From NCBI GenBank assembly GCA_964016885.1, contig OZ024745.1, forward strand, positions 16,926,001 to 16,990,000: a DNA stretch of 64,000 nt, given 5' to 3'. The translations under genes and the position numbers were made by a program. The DNA comes from Eledone cirrhosa. Its lineage: Eukaryota. The notes beneath the pieces were generated by a model. That model searched no databases. It was not told where the DNA came from and saw only the letters and a program-made list of their open reading frames with translations. Shown in pieces: positions 39,965 to 54,441 of this stretch. Position 1 is the first letter of the stretch. The number at the start of each line of letters is the position of its first letter.

Positions 39965-40099
39965 CTTAGGTTAATAGGAGTTAGGTATTGTATACCCGTG
40001 TCCGATTAAGGTATTGGCAGCATAATAATAAGCTCTATGCTTTGGAGCAGAGCCGTATATATGAAAAAGAACACAAGAGCGTCTACAACATCAAAAGAT

Positions 40100-40159
40100 T
40101 TTTATTGGCTTACAATGTTTTTTCCTTACGTAACCGTAGGATTCGTCAGAGCTATAAAA
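40100..40159 (-). ncRNA. Hammerhead ribozyme (family D, left arm; the GAAA box appears changed to AAAA)
   Basis: Minus strand reads ...AGCT-CTGACGA-atCCTACG gtta CGTAAGGaa-AAAA-CATTG-TA-AGCC; compare 41242-41301. Confidence 0.55.
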
Positions 40160-41241
40160 GGGCTTTGATTGGTGTTATGGACTCTACCAACCAAACATTC
40201 AAGAACAAAGAGTAAAGAGAGTAAAGAGCAAAAGTAGGGGACGATAAGTCTAATTTTGGTGCGGGAGGGTGGGGTGTGGGTCCTTGTTTACTAGCTGCGG
40301 TCATATTCATTCCCGGGAGTTGGGTGGTTAGCTGAACCATAGATGGGGTGGCGTCGATAGTATGGTGCAGAGGGTGCGCAGAGGCTACACAAACACAAAG
40401 GGCGTACAATATATATACATATATAGCGGAGGAGAAAGTACATGAGGTAATTAGAAATGGAAAAAGAGTAATAATAATAATCTATAATTAATAGTGTATA
40501 ATAAGTTATGGGGAAGATTACACTATAATAAGGTATAAAAGTAAGAATAAGGTAAAATATAAAGGAGGATAAAAGTGGAAATAATAAAGATAAAAAAAAA
40601 AAATTATTAAGATGTATAAACTTGACATAACTATTATCATCTTATATTCTCTCAACTAATCACACTTGATCATATTTCTTTATCCCGTTTTCTCACCCCA
40701 TAATTATTATATTTTTATTATTATTTTAAAAAATCGGTTTTTTTACATTGTGTTTTCCCCACCAAATTTTCGCTTATATTTCTTTATATATTCTCTATAT
40801 ATTTTTTTATCTTTATTATTTCCACTTTTATCCTCCTTTATATTTTACCTTATTCTTACTTTTATACCTTATTATAGTGTAATCTTCCCCATGCCTTATT
40901 ATTACACTATTAATTATAGATTATTATTATTACTCTTTTTCCATTTCTAATTACCTCATGTACTTTCTGCTCCGCTATATATATATATATATTGTACGCC
41001 CTTTGTGTTTGTGTAGCCTCTGCGCACCCTCTGCACCATACTATCGACGCCACCCCATCTATGGTTCAGCTAACCACCCGACTCCTGGGAATGAATATGA
41101 CCGCAGCTAGTAAACAAGGACCCACACCCCACCCTCCTGCACCAAAATTAGACTTATCGTCCCCTACTTTTGCTCTTTACTCTCTTTACTCTTTGTTCTT
41201 GAATGTTTGGTTGGTAGAGTCCATAACACCAATCAAAGCCC

Positions 41242-41301
41242 TTTTATAGCTCTGACGAATCCTACGGTTACGTAAGGAAGAAACATTGTAAGCCAATAAA
41301 A
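41242..41301 (+). ncRNA. Type I hammerhead ribozyme (family D, right arm)
   Basis: TTTTATAGCT-CTGACGA-atCCTACG gtta CGTAAGGaa-GAAA-CATTG-TA-AGCCAATAAAA. Confidence 0.75.
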
Positions 41302-41537
41302 ATCTTTTGATGTTGTAGACGCTCTTGTGTTCTTTTTCATATATATATATATATATATATTAAAATAACAGATTAAAGTTTAAGCAGAGAATCGCTGCTT
41401 TCACCCTTAACGGGATCTTCTGAAACTAACAAAGTCAATCTGTAAACGCAGAAGTGGATATTTCCAAAAACGTTGCAACCGGAGGCGGACAGGAAGACGA
41501 TACTTTGGTTCGTGGTAACGTTCGCTGGCAAAGAACG

Positions 41538-41782
41538 GGAAAAAACGAATAATACGTCATTAATAGGAGCGGTGAAAAACAATTACGCGCAAAGACAGAA
41601 CCACGTTTATGGTATAAAAGAGGTCGTAGACTAATGTTCTCTTAGGTGGTGCATAGAGACGTTCTCTAGCAATGAACGAGAAAAACGAAGATAATACGTC
41701 ATATGTGTAGCGTGGAGAACAATAGCACGCAAAGACAAAACCACGTAAATGGTATAGCAGAAGTCGTAGACTAAAATTCTAA
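41538..41782. repeat. Two-unit ~140-bp tandem repeat
   Basis: AAAAACGAA..TAATACGTCAT...AACAAT...CGCAAAGACA.AACCACGT..ATGGTATA...GTCGTAGACTAA occurs twice. Confidence 0.65.
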
Positions 41783-42251
41783 CTAGGAGGCCGAATGAAT
41801 CTCCGCTACAGAGTTAAGAACAAAGTAAATAAATACAATACAGAAGTAATAGAAATAAATAAATACATACCCGCAAACAAATACGTACATACACAAATAT
41901 TCGCAAAACACTTACCATAGGTATACAAAACCACGCACATATAAATATGTGTGTGTGTGTATGCGTGTATACAAATAAATAAATAATTATATAAACGTAT
42001 ATAAATAAATAAATACGTATATAACAAGCGCACACACATACCTACATGTAAATACACGAATTTACGGAGGCGTAAGTCAACCAAAACATGAAGTACACAT
42101 ATACACACACCCTACATACGTACGAACCTGCATACTCACACAGACGCAAAACTCCCGTATGTACCAGAATATATAAAAATTATATATTTGATATATATTT
42201 ATCTTTATCGAGCCCTCTTTGGATTTTAGTCTTCAAATTTATTATTATTAC

Positions 42252-42288
<37 letters not shown>

Positions 42289-43199
42289 GGGGGGGGGGGA
42301 GTGTATGTAACATGCACAATGTTTGTGTGCGTGGATTTATGAGATTGTAAATATATGTGTGTTGTTACAGAATAATAATATATTGATTTTAAAAATATAT
42401 TTTTATCAAAGAGAGAATAACTAGTGCATGTCTGCTCTGGACTATTGACGTCGGTTTTAAAAAAATTATTTATTTTGCCTCATATCAAAATGAGTCTGAT
42501 CTATGAATCGGATATTCAGTTGTTTTTTTTTTTTACTATGGATAGAAATAACTCTATAATTAATGATAACAATAACGTTAAATTCGTAGAAAGTAAGCAA
42601 GTGAGTCAGAAGAATCGAATAATAAAACAAAGCTAAATGATACGTTTAGCTTTAATTTTTTATTTCTTATTGAGTTTCTTTTCTTTGTCATCTTTTCTGC
42701 ATTGTGGCGTGATGAAAAGTGAAACAATATCAACAGCAACAACAACCACAACAATAAATGCACGTTGATAGCTGATGGTTGTCATGGTGATACACAAGTC
42801 TAGTATCGGCTATTTACTCAGTAACGACGTAATCGATACACAGTTGACGGTGATGCAAATTTCTTCTCATCGTAAATCATCATACTGCAGTAGTTTGCCA
42901 ACTTGTGTGTTCATTAGTTCTGAGAGGAAAATGTGGATACATAAATAGAACGAGGAGCGACGTGCGTGTGTGTGCTCACATACACGCACATACCTGCAGA
43001 CAGACACCCACACAGACACAGACACTTACACACACACACATACATACACACACATGCACACACGCACACACACATATGTATATATATTTAGATATGTGTA
43101 TAATAATATATATATACACACACACATACATACATATATACATATATACATATAGATAGATAGATATAAGTATAAATATTCACGCAAATATATGTATGT

Positions 43200-43302
<103 letters not shown>

Positions 43303-43365
43303 CAACATAAATGTATTAGTATGTACATATATTCATACATTCATCCATTTAGCAAACCCCCCCCC

Positions 43366-43401
<36 letters not shown>

Positions 43402-44426
43402 TATTTGACAAAGAAATACAGACAAAAGAAAACAAATAAAAACAACGGCGAAACAAAAAAGAGGGAAAACAGAAGAGAAAATAACAATAAGATCTTGAGT
43501 TGTTTTGCCGGTAAGTTGAGATGCAAAATATTCCAGAGTAAATTCTAAGCGGAGTTAGGTTTGTGTGTTAAGATTAATTTTATCTTCGACTGCTAAGTAC
43601 GCCATAGATAACCCGAAAGAGATACTGAATCAGAAAGTAAGGAGATGTCGAAGTTGCAGTTTGATTATTATACAGTCTGCTACACTTAAATTTTCCACCA
43701 TCATATTTCTTAATAGCCAGGCTTTCTTGGAATTCGACTTAGCAGCCGAAGCAGGAATGCTTGTTTGGCGAAGCGTGAGAGTTACGCTGTGTAAGCCTTC
43801 CGCTTCAGTCTACACTTTCTATACCATTTCTAGCGAGTTCAACATATTTCTCGTCTTTCATCGAGTAAAAGTCAGTGAAATATGTTTGAGAGATGAAAAG
43901 ATGAGGAGAAGGAGGAGTAACTGTGCAGGGAATATTCTAGATATGACGATAATAGCTATAATAAAGATAAACTAAAAACGTCAATACTATATATGATAAA
44001 GACGTGGATGGTAATCATAGTTATTATAGTGATGATTATTCTGCTACTGATGACGATGGTGGTTATGATGCTAGCAATGATGTTGGTGATGAGTTAAAAG
44101 GGTTGGGGGTGGAGTTGTTGTTAGTGATCTTGGATAACCATGGCGATCGATGAACTCACCGACCAAGAATTATGAGGGATATTCTCTTTATTTTTGTTAT
44201 GTTATGATTTTACTGGTTTCAATGCGGCCAGGCTGGGGCAGAAATTGTAAGAAATGTATTCGATCATATCGAACCTCTCATTATTTATTTCAGTCCGACA
44301 GTTATTTATATTGATCTATATTTATTGATTGGCTAAATTTCCTTTTAATATATCATTTTTTCTTTTATACCTGTAAAACACAAAGAGAGATACACGCATA
44401 TATATAGTCTACACATTTAATATTAT

Positions 44427-44473
<47 letters not shown>

Positions 44474-44882
44474 AAGAGATCGATTTCAAGTCGATTTTGA
44501 CGATAAGCATCTAGATGATCAATGAATGGAACGTCCGATACATTAAATTATCTCGAAAGTGTCTGAGTATTTCAGAGACACGCTTTCACTGCATTTAATT
44601 TTTAAAAAGATCATTGTGACAATATGTGAAAAAGCTACCCACGTCAGTTACTGGTACAAGCCAAGCAACGACACTCCGCAAACCCTGTCTTCCTAATTTC
44701 CCTCACAATATTTTTTATGAAATATGTCTCATTATGGGATCTAACACAGACCAGAGATTTATGAAGATAGGGCTTTAAACTCTCGCCCATACCTATGTTC
44801 ACATCCACAGGTACATGCGTAATAACATATGTATATGCAGGTTTTCGTTCTCTCTCTCTTTCTTTCTCTCTCTCTCTCTCTT

Positions 44883-44956
<74 letters not shown>

Positions 44957-45199
44957 CATATATATATGGTAAGACCATTACTCAACGGAGTACGCGATAT
45001 TTGGTGAAGTAGAGTATTGTTATATTATAAACAGTCTGGACTCGACGGCTGAGCTCTTGCCGTTTCCACAGTTGTTTCCAGTATGGAACCAGATGTTGAG
45101 ACGTCAAAAGCTCAGCTGTCGGTTCTCGACTCTTTATGATATATACACAGTGTGTTCTGTTATTGTTTCTGGCAATATCATTACAACAATATATACATA

Positions 45200-45296
45200 T
45201 AATTGTTTCTACTTTAGGCACAAGGCCACCAATTACCCAGTGTATTACTGGTACTTTATTTTATCGACCCCGTAAGGATGAAAGGCAAAGTCAATA
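45200..45296 (-). mobile_element. 5'-truncated SINE family S1
   Basis: AATTGTTTCTACTTTAGGCACAAGGCC...TTTATCGACCCCGTAAGGATGAAAGGCAAAG. Confidence 0.75.
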
Positions 45297-47559
45297 TAAT
45301 ATTGGTCGTTTTGGAAGCCTCAACAATGCAGATGGGTAAATCTCCGAGTAACAGAATCAGGTGGTAATGAGAGAGATGTAAGAGGAAATGTAGAATAAGA
45401 CGTAGAGGGTGTAGAGGAACGTAGGAAAGAGTGTAAAAATAATAACACGAGATAGAGTTACCTTGGAAGTGATTTAATTGTCCCTATATTTCGGATTTCG
45501 AATCCATCAACTGGGGGTTTTCCGAGGAGGAAAGTTTTTAATCGGAGAGGGACACATATATATATATATATACATTATATGTGTGTATGCGTATGTATTT
45601 AATCTTAGCCTATCTTCCCATCAAACCAAGGAAACAAACTCAGGCCAGATGTATCTTTCCATTATGACCTTTTTTATCATATCTGATACAATATACAGAC
45701 CAGTGCCGTGCAGAGGTTTGACGATGATCGTGATCAATACTGTCATTGCATGCCCCCAAACCTTAAGTATAGGGCCTAGTATGAAGAAATGTGAGCAAGT
45801 AAGGTATTTTAGATATGTAAAACCTTATGAAACATGAATTAAACAATTCAAATTAATATAGTACCATGCCCGTAAATTTGTCGGAGCATGAGCATTCAGA
45901 TTTCAAGATAATACATTACTCGGCGTTTTGATATGGGCGGCAAACTGGTTACAGATTTTGGATGGCGCTTGAGAAATCTAAGAACGTACTTCACTCAGTA
46001 ACAGTATAGAATTGAGATCCTTATGTCACTGTTTGTTTGGGTGCCTCGACCGTCTGTCCTTATATAGATTCCAGAGGTGGTCACACCTTATTCCTCGCTC
46101 TCGCCATGCTACAGCTTCTGACCATTCTATTTTGGAATCATAGCAATATAATTAATTTTTTCCCTACTGTTTAACTGAACATCCACTGATTGACATGTTA
46201 CGAGATTTCAGGATGTCTCAAACAGTGATGAGCCAACTATAACCATCGCTGAACTATATTTTCAGTTAGTTTTTGCAGATCAACATAATTTACTAAATTG
46301 TTGGTGTGGCTCCTCTGAACAATATTCTATTCTATCCGTAACCTGTGGAGCGCCATTCCATTTAACTTATGTTCAAGCCTTTGTTTCAGTGTCTATATTT
46401 CACATATTGTAATAGGAGTGAAGATGAACAAATCATACGAGAAATATATCAATATATCTCTAGATAAACAACCGGAGTGCTTCACAACTTCATTTATGTG
46501 TGAAAATCAATTACTGACCAATAAATAGCTAGGCGAATACTGAGGGAGTAAAATGTAGGAAATAGATGACGTTGCATTAATATATCACCAGGGGGAGTCT
46601 GACATTGTTCTCAGCACGTGATTTGCTAAAATGTAGCAATGAGCAAATTAGAAACTTAGATGTTATCGCACCTTCAACGCTTTCATCCATGGCACACTAT
46701 TTATAGCCTACACTCTATCATCCAAATCGTGTTATTAACTGGACTAAGATAATTTGTTATCAGATGTTTATTTATAAATAAATATAGACGTTTGTAAGAA
46801 GCACTCACTAGATTAAATGACACTATAGCACGCAGTATGTGGTTAGGAGGTTGATCTCGTGATCATAAGTGTGTGAGTTCTAATTTTGAACCGAATGACG
46901 TTTTGTATACTTGAACAAAGCACTTGGCTTTTACATTGCATTTCGTAATAGAGATAGGACTTTTATCTTTAAAACACCTGTGAAACAGTCTATTAGATAC
47001 AAGCATATAGAAGATCAGTTAAATCTGCATAGGTGTGAGATACAATCTTAACAATTGTTACACCACTGATGAAGGGATTGGATATTATATTGAGGTATTT
47101 ATCAAACGAAAATCATAAACTACACACATAAAAGAACGGAATACACAGTATGCAACATAATATGTAGAAGATGCCAAATGATTAACAGACCTTTTTACTC
47201 ATACTTTCCTGTATTAGATAAAAAAACAGGTATAATACCGATAAATAAGGGAAAATAAAGATAAGTTTTTCTGAATATGGCACCAGCATTATGATTTTCC
47301 TAGAGATTTTAGAGAATGCAAAATTATCCTACTGAAGATTTTCTCTTTGCTGTGAATAATAGCAAAATCCTCATAAAATAATAAACTATGGCTTTAAATA
47401 AATAAGGACACAGTGGTTTCAAGAGGTTTGGTATCAAAAGGATTAAATAATATTGTATTATATCCCGGCTCTTCAATCACTGACTCCGTCTCACTCGCTC
47501 TCCCCATGTCTCACAATTATATGCAAATGGGTGCCCACGCACTGGCCGCCCCATGGTCC

Positions 47560-47715
47560 CGGTGGACAGAATAGAGAAGGCGTTTCCCCGTAAGATGGTA
47601 AGGGAAACGCGTTGGAAGAGTCATTCTAGCTCGCCAGTCTCACACCTGCGGGTAGCCAACTCGGCGCTGAAGGCAATGAGTAGGGAGGTAGATCTACGGA
47701 CAAGGACACCAAATG
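47560..47715 (-). mobile_element. CRE-clade RLE non-LTR retrotransposon C-terminal fragment
   Basis: Minus strand gives ...ELE*LFQRVSLTILRGNAFSILST, matching the FQRxSxxxQRGNA motif at the end of CRE-like ORFs. Confidence 0.65.
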
Positions 47716-48030
47716 TCTTCACAGTACAATTTCTGTGTGTTTTGATAGTCAGTTACGAACAAAACAATTATGTTTGTAACGTTCAACTTGTGGTGACTTT
47801 ACTTATTATATACATTCTACAAGAGTTACTTGTAAATAAAGGATGATATAGTAGTATGCAATATACATTCCCTAAGGTGCCCATGTAGTCATGCCCATCC
47901 AGTTATCCCCTTTCAGGATGTGATGCTATAAAAGAGAAAGGGCTGTTTCTGTTCATAATATTTATCACCCTGGCAGCAGAAAGAGTCAGTACAAATGTTG
48001 ATCACGCCTACAACCTTGGCAATTCGATTG

Positions 48031-48072
<42 letters not shown>

Positions 48073-48562
48073 ATATTTATATACATATATAGAGAGAAAT
48101 TGTGTGTGTGTGTGAGAAAGAGAGAGAAAAAGAGGGGAGATAACAACATTTTCGCTGTTAACTCCTGAGTAATTAACCAATTCCCTTGTCCGTTGCTCAT
48201 CATTATGATCTGCTGTAAATATCATTGAGAAATGATTCAATAAATAATAATATTTAGATGTAACATTACATTGCAGCAATTATTCATTATAGATTTCCAA
48301 TTACATTCTCATCAGCTTTCCACGATGCTTGATGGAAGCTTAAAGGCTTCTCTAGAATGTAGCTATGCGGAAGCTAAGATAGTATTTATTTGCAGTGCTG
48401 AGATAAAGATGGAAAAAATTATCACCTATTTACAGAGAGGTGGGTGGGAAACAGCTTTATATAGAAACACAAGCATACGCATATACACACATACACACAT
48501 ACGCACACACGCACACAGACGCGCGCATATATATGTGCATATGTATGAGTGTAGAGAGAGAG

Positions 48563-48614
<52 letters not shown>

Positions 48615-49321
48615 AGTATGGGGACAGAGAGTGAGTGTATGTATACATATATATGTGCGTGTGTGCGTGTGTGCGTGTGTGTGTGCGTGTGCTTTGTAAA
48701 TGACGAATAATCTTTTCAAAAGAAACCATTTCAAACGCACGCAACACAGTGTTATATCTTTATCTATAAGTTTAAATACAAATCCATAGAAAATACGAGG
48801 TGCAAATGATGCTAAATGAAAACAAAAAACAAAGTAATGTAATGTTTTACCCAGAGTATTTTGGGATGATATTTCGGGGCCTAACGCTCTTTTCAGATGC
48901 GGGGCTGAAACAGTTCAATATGAAACAAACGAACGACGATTTGCACTTTTTTCTGTAAGTAGTACAATGTGGAAAATGTATGCGCATGCGCGGAGATTCT
49001 GTAGCAACTATTCCGCCTCGTGCCTTTCTGACCGGTTATTTATTTCCGGTAATTAAAACGTATTCTTTAATTATTAAATGTTCCTTATTCCTTTCATTCG
49101 CATCTAAGGTGACCTCAGTGATGTGGTTGCGGCATCTGTCAAGATGCTTTTTGACGGAAGAAGCTGTCATTGTCACAGCCGAGCTCATGGTCGATGTCTA
49201 ATCACCTTGCTCAATGTCTATCCCTGAGTCGTAATATCGGAGCTCTGTAAAATAACTAAAATATTTTATAATTTGATATAATGATAATATTTACATTGGC
49301 CGTAAGCTTTATCTGCACCTG

Positions 49322-49364
<43 letters not shown>

Positions 49365-49428
49365 GAGGGAGAGGGGGATAAAGAAAGAAAGCGAGCGAGA
49401 GAGAAATAGAGAGGGAGATAGAGAGAGA

Positions 49429-49510
<82 letters not shown>

Positions 49511-49927
49511 TTGATCTAGGGAGAATGGTATTCACGCTGTGAAAATATGTTCCCAAATATGGTTAATTAATGCCCAAATGAACATAAACAAATATTTATA
49601 GCTACAATAAAAAATGAAGCTGTTTTGGAAAGATTTATTGATACTACACACCAGTAATGACCTGTCATTCAAACTTCAATGACCTCCAAGTTTTACGATA
49701 ATACGCTCATGCTATTACTTTGCTATTTCAGTGGTGAACCGCCCGGGTTCCATAATGTATTGTATTTGTTTACTGTATTCTCTTATACACAGAAATAGAT
49801 ACATTTTCATTTCATTGGATTCGTTTTGAAGCACACATAGATACACATTCACATACATTCAAATGTATATATATAGATATATATGTGTGTATGTGCGTGT
49901 GTGTGTGTGTGTGTATGTATGTGTGTA

Positions 49928-49980
<53 letters not shown>

Positions 49981-50080
49981 ATATTAATATAGATATAGAT
50001 ATAATATATATATATGTATAAAGCACCATAGACTATCGTATGGTACAACCAAGGCAATTTACACACACACACACAACTAT

Positions 50081-50190
<110 letters not shown>

Positions 50191-50222
50191 ATATATATAT
50201 ATATGTGTCTATATATATATAC

Positions 50223-50256
<34 letters not shown>

Positions 50257-50370
50257 CCATATATACATGCATATATGTATATATGTGTGTATTTATGTAG
50301 GTACATACATATATATACATATATATCATGTATAATCATATATAAATATATATATATATATACATATACA

Positions 50371-50408
<38 letters not shown>

Positions 50409-50427
50409 TGTATATATATATATATAC

Positions 50428-50523
<96 letters not shown>

Positions 50524-50530
50524 GTATATA

Positions 50531-50598
<68 letters not shown>

Positions 50599-50621
50599 TG
50601 TATACATATATACATGTATGT

Positions 50622-50656
<35 letters not shown>

Positions 50657-51786
50657 GCCTTGGTTTATCGATGCGATGGTCTATGGTGCAATACTATTCT
50701 GAAAGGTGTTCTTTTTAGCATTTTATGATTTGTATTAACAGTCTATCAAACGGTGCTTATTTTGCGGAAATAATAGCCGTCGCCCATCGTTCTGCCTGAA
50801 ACAGTCAAACGAATCAAGAAGTTTCTTTTCCACTGCACGGATACTTTTGATCCATGGCTGGTGCTGAATTAATTCTAAAGAGAACTGATGTTTTATTATA
50901 TACATTATGAAACCTTGAGAACAAGTTTATAATAAACACGTTATAATGGAATGAATGAATGTTGTTTATAGTGTTGCTTCAAACGTAACATTAACAGTGC
51001 CATGTCAGCGAGGCATGACGTCTTAATAATGGATCCCTTTCAGAATAGTATGCTTTTACACGCACAGCTTTTGCTTAAAACGTGGTGAGTTTCTGTAAAT
51101 AGGAATATAAAATGTGTCAAAGTTTACGTTGATGAATGTACATAAATATATAAAAGAGAACAAAAAATATGGGAAGATTTTCATTAAAAGAACAAAACAC
51201 ACACAAAAAAAAAACTAAATTATGAAAACCGCGTAATAAAACTACGAATTATGGGAAAACGTTATACAGATGTAGCTTTAAGGTATGTATCAATACTTTT
51301 AAATAGCACAGAAGCAGATTAATAAGTATTTGCAAATAGAAAGTTACCTTAAAATGTTTACAATCAAATATGTTTGAATAGTGATGCCTTAAGCAACAGT
51401 TGAATGCCTAAAATTTCAAAAATATTACTGTTACTTAGACAATCTCGGTTCTTAGGTTTCTACTTTACTGGGTATATTTACAATATTTACTATATTTCAA
51501 ACGGATTCATCTAAGTAATAATGATATATTTGATGTCGACTGGAGATCAAACCGATTAAATTGAAATATAAATTTGTATATTGAACATATATATATACAA
51601 TAATTGTAGTTTTAATAAATTTGTGAAAGAAATATTTATATGATGTTAATTGATAGAACACCAAAGGATAAATATCAATCGCACGAGTAAAACATCAATT
51701 CTAATCATGTATGAATGATTTTATTATAACATAAAATAAGGAGATTCATTGCACACTAAGATTTTTTGTTTAATATCTATTCTGCG

Positions 51787-52008
51787 TACGATGATCGGCT
51801 AAAAGCGTTTATAGGCTGAATATGAAACAGTGATGTTAGAGCTGAGAAATCCTGTATGCATTAAGTACTACTTTTTTTTCCATTGGAAAATGCATTGTTT
51901 CTTTCCAGGGATTTTGTTGAAAACTAAATCTCATTTGGTAATTCCGTTTCAGTATCTTGGTCAGCTTATGAACCCTTCAAGCCGCTAACATTTCAGCCGA
52001 CCCTCGTA
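51787..52008. mobile_element. Mariner-type MITE, same family as 33924-34264
   Basis: TACGATGATCGGCTAAAAG...TAGGCTGA at left and TCAGCTTATGAAC...CAGCCGACCCTCGTA at right; shared internal TGATGTTAGAGCTG.GAAATC...CTCATTTGGT.ATTCC. Confidence 0.6.
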
Positions 52009-52184
52009 AACCCATCTTCTGTACAATGAATAGTCTGATGGATTACAGTAATGACCGCGTCGATAATTCGGGGGATAGAGTTCTCTTAAATAACATTGAA
52101 GTGTTAAGTGATATTACTAGATAACAGTGTCATAAAGTAAGGCATAAGTAACTAGTTGAAATTCAATTCAATGTTATATGTTTA

Positions 52185-52535
52185 ATTAATAAAGGGGTAA
52201 AGGCCCCATTTGGTCACGAATGACCATGAAATTTGCACCTAAAAAGCTCTCTCCTCCAAGACGCAAATCTGGGCAAGGTTGTTTGTGGAAGACCTGCAAT
52301 CGCCCATGCAGAGCAGTCAACACCAAACCACAAATATTGTCCAAAGGAATGGCTAAGGCCGATATAGCTTGGCACCAGTGACGTCGCAACTCATTTCTAC
52401 AGCTGAGTAAACAGGAACAACGTGAGATGAAGTGTCTTGCTCAAGAATGCAACGCATCACACGATCTAAGACTGGAACTCACCACCTCACGATTGCAAGA
52501 GCAACGTTCTAACCACTAAGCCATACGCTGTCATT
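52185..52535 (-). mobile_element. tRNA-derived SINE family S2
   Basis: Minus strand has an A-box-like TGGCTTAGTGGTTAG, then GTGAGTTC and TTGAGCAAGACACTTCATCTCACGTTG. Relatives at 46835-46940(+) and 59625-59745(-). Confidence 0.7.
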
Positions 52536-52814
52536 AAGTTTATCTGTGATAAGTTTAAATAGAAGTTAGTTCATTGTTAATACAAATAAACTGTGTTCCT
52601 ATTAGTTACAGTTAAATATTTTAGTCTTTCATATATGCGATCTATATCTACAATGTCACTTGTTAAAAACCTGTGGTAAATTAAAGTATATAACCGTAGT
52701 CATTAATTGATACAGACAGCAACATAAACGCCCTATTTATTATACTGTTTATTTTAAATCGAAGGCGATGTCCAGTGTTCAAACTAAATATTTAATGTCA
52801 ATTCCACATATAAG

Positions 52815-52854
<40 letters not shown>

Positions 52855-52857
<3 letters not shown>

Positions 52858-54205
52858 GGTGCGGACGGTATTAGAGGACACATGCATTTTTAGTCATTAT
52901 TTTATTTGACTAATTTTTATTGAACTTCTATTTCAGGAAATAACAATGAAAATAACTATGTTTACTAATGAAATGAAAAGACATGTTGTGATTGTGCCTT
53001 TGAAGGCTAAGCATGGTGACTTTAAAATTTCTCTTTTTCTGAAAGTTGCAAGATCTTTTGTACACAAGATTCGGTGTGAGTTAGAGAAAGAATATGGAAG
53101 CGTATTACTTGTATCAAAACGTAAAAAACATTCCAAATGCTCTGATTCTGTCAGGACACCTGAATAAATCCAGGAAGTTAAGCAAAACGTTGATGACAAT
53201 CCAGGAAAATCAATGAGGTCAATTCCAAAAAATGTTGGTGTGTCAGAAAAAACAATCAGAAATGTTGTGCATGAAGACATCAGATACAAATCTTACGTGG
53301 TGAGGAGAGGCCAATTCATGTCAGAAAAAAACAAAAGAAAACCGTTTACTCAGATACAAAAGACATTTGAACAAACTTAAAAATCCATCAGATGATGTGA
53401 TTTGGTTTTTCTCAGATGAGAAAAACTTTGACCAGGACCAGAAGCTAACAGAAGAAATGATAGGTGGCTATGTGCAGACCCTTCTGAGGTTCAAAGAATA
53501 ATGCACGCAACATTTCCTGCAAGTGGCATGGTTTTGTGTGTTGTTAGCAATAAAGGACATGCGTCCTTCCTCATCTTTTCCCACAAAGGCTTAGGGTGAA
53601 TGCTGATGCGTATATTGAGGTTCTCGATAAAGTTATTAAGCTTTGGATCAACAGGGTATGCGATGGAAGGCCTTATCTCTTTCAACAAGATTCTGAAACT
53701 TCACAAGGCTCAAATGGCACAAGAATGGATGGCCGACAATTTGCATGATCACATCACCCCCAACATTTGACCTCCTAATTCTCCAGATCTCAATCCACTG
53801 GACTACTATGTATGGAGTATCGTTGAGAAAAATGCCAATGAACACCCCATAGCACCAAATATTCGTTGAAGGCCGCAATAGTTCGAGTCTGTCCGATAGG
53901 ACCACTTAATCCAAGCTTGCAAACGATTCCAACCACACGTAGAGGCAATTATTGATACTTATGGAGGTTTTATTGAATGAAATTATTAAATTGATAATTT
54001 AGCTTTATATTTATGTTATTTTTATAAGAACAAAGTGTTTTTCTGTTATTATATAAGCGTTTTTCTTTTCATCCATACGGGATCGATAAAATAAAGTACC
54101 AGTAATGCACTGGGAAATTACTGGCCTTGTGCCTAAAGTAGAAACAATTATATAAGCGTTTTTTTTAAAACCATAATTCTATCCTCAAATACCGTCCGCA
54201 CCCTG
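52855..54205 (+). mobile_element. Tc1/mariner transposon of DD37D (maT/mori) type with a decayed transposase
   Basis: TIRs CAGGGTGCGGACGGTATTAGAGGA and TCCTCAAATACCGTCCGCACCCTG, preceded by TA. Transposase at about 52973-53980: NPGKSMR...VSEKTIRNVVHEDIRYKSY...WFFSDEKNF...YLFQQDS...PPNSPDLNPLDYYVWS, with stops and frameshifts. Confidence 0.88.
54065..54146 (+). mobile_element. 5'-truncated SINE S1 nested in the mariner element, 17-bp TSD
   Basis: ATTATATAAGCGTTTTT at 54048-54064 and 54147-54163 flanks TTTCATCC...GATAAAATAAAGTACCAGT...AGTAGAAACA. Confidence 0.85.
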
Positions 54206-54277
54206 CAGGATTCCTTTTCCTTTGAGCACATTATTGACAGGGAATAACGAGAGTCTATGGCTCCGTTAATTGATCGT

Positions 54278-54322
<45 letters not shown>

Positions 54323-54365
54323 TTGTGTTATTAATGGTTTCTAACCAGAGCTCTGTGTCTAGTAC

Positions 54366-54432
<67 letters not shown>

Positions 54433-54441
<9 letters not shown>

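Larger units (their letters stand above)
39961..41342 (-). mobile_element. Non-coding PLE family D fold-back insertion in (TA)n
   Basis: About 40057-40598 is inverted relative to 40802-41342 (mirrored 85-aa pseudo-ORFs). Tail 39961-40056 is present only on the left arm; hammerheads in both arms. Confidence 0.8.

Noticed and set aside
43500-43975. Host exon (GTAAGT donor at about 43511; 136-aa ORF at 43565-43975)
   Set aside because: No recognisable protein motif or consistent exon boundaries; needs transcript data.
47060-47110. Hammerhead at CCACTGATGAAGGG
   Set aside because: No matching stem II, GAAA and stem I arrangement could be built.
48793-49250. Mariner 5' fragment starting TACGAGG
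   Set aside because: No matching right TIR and no clear transposase motif.
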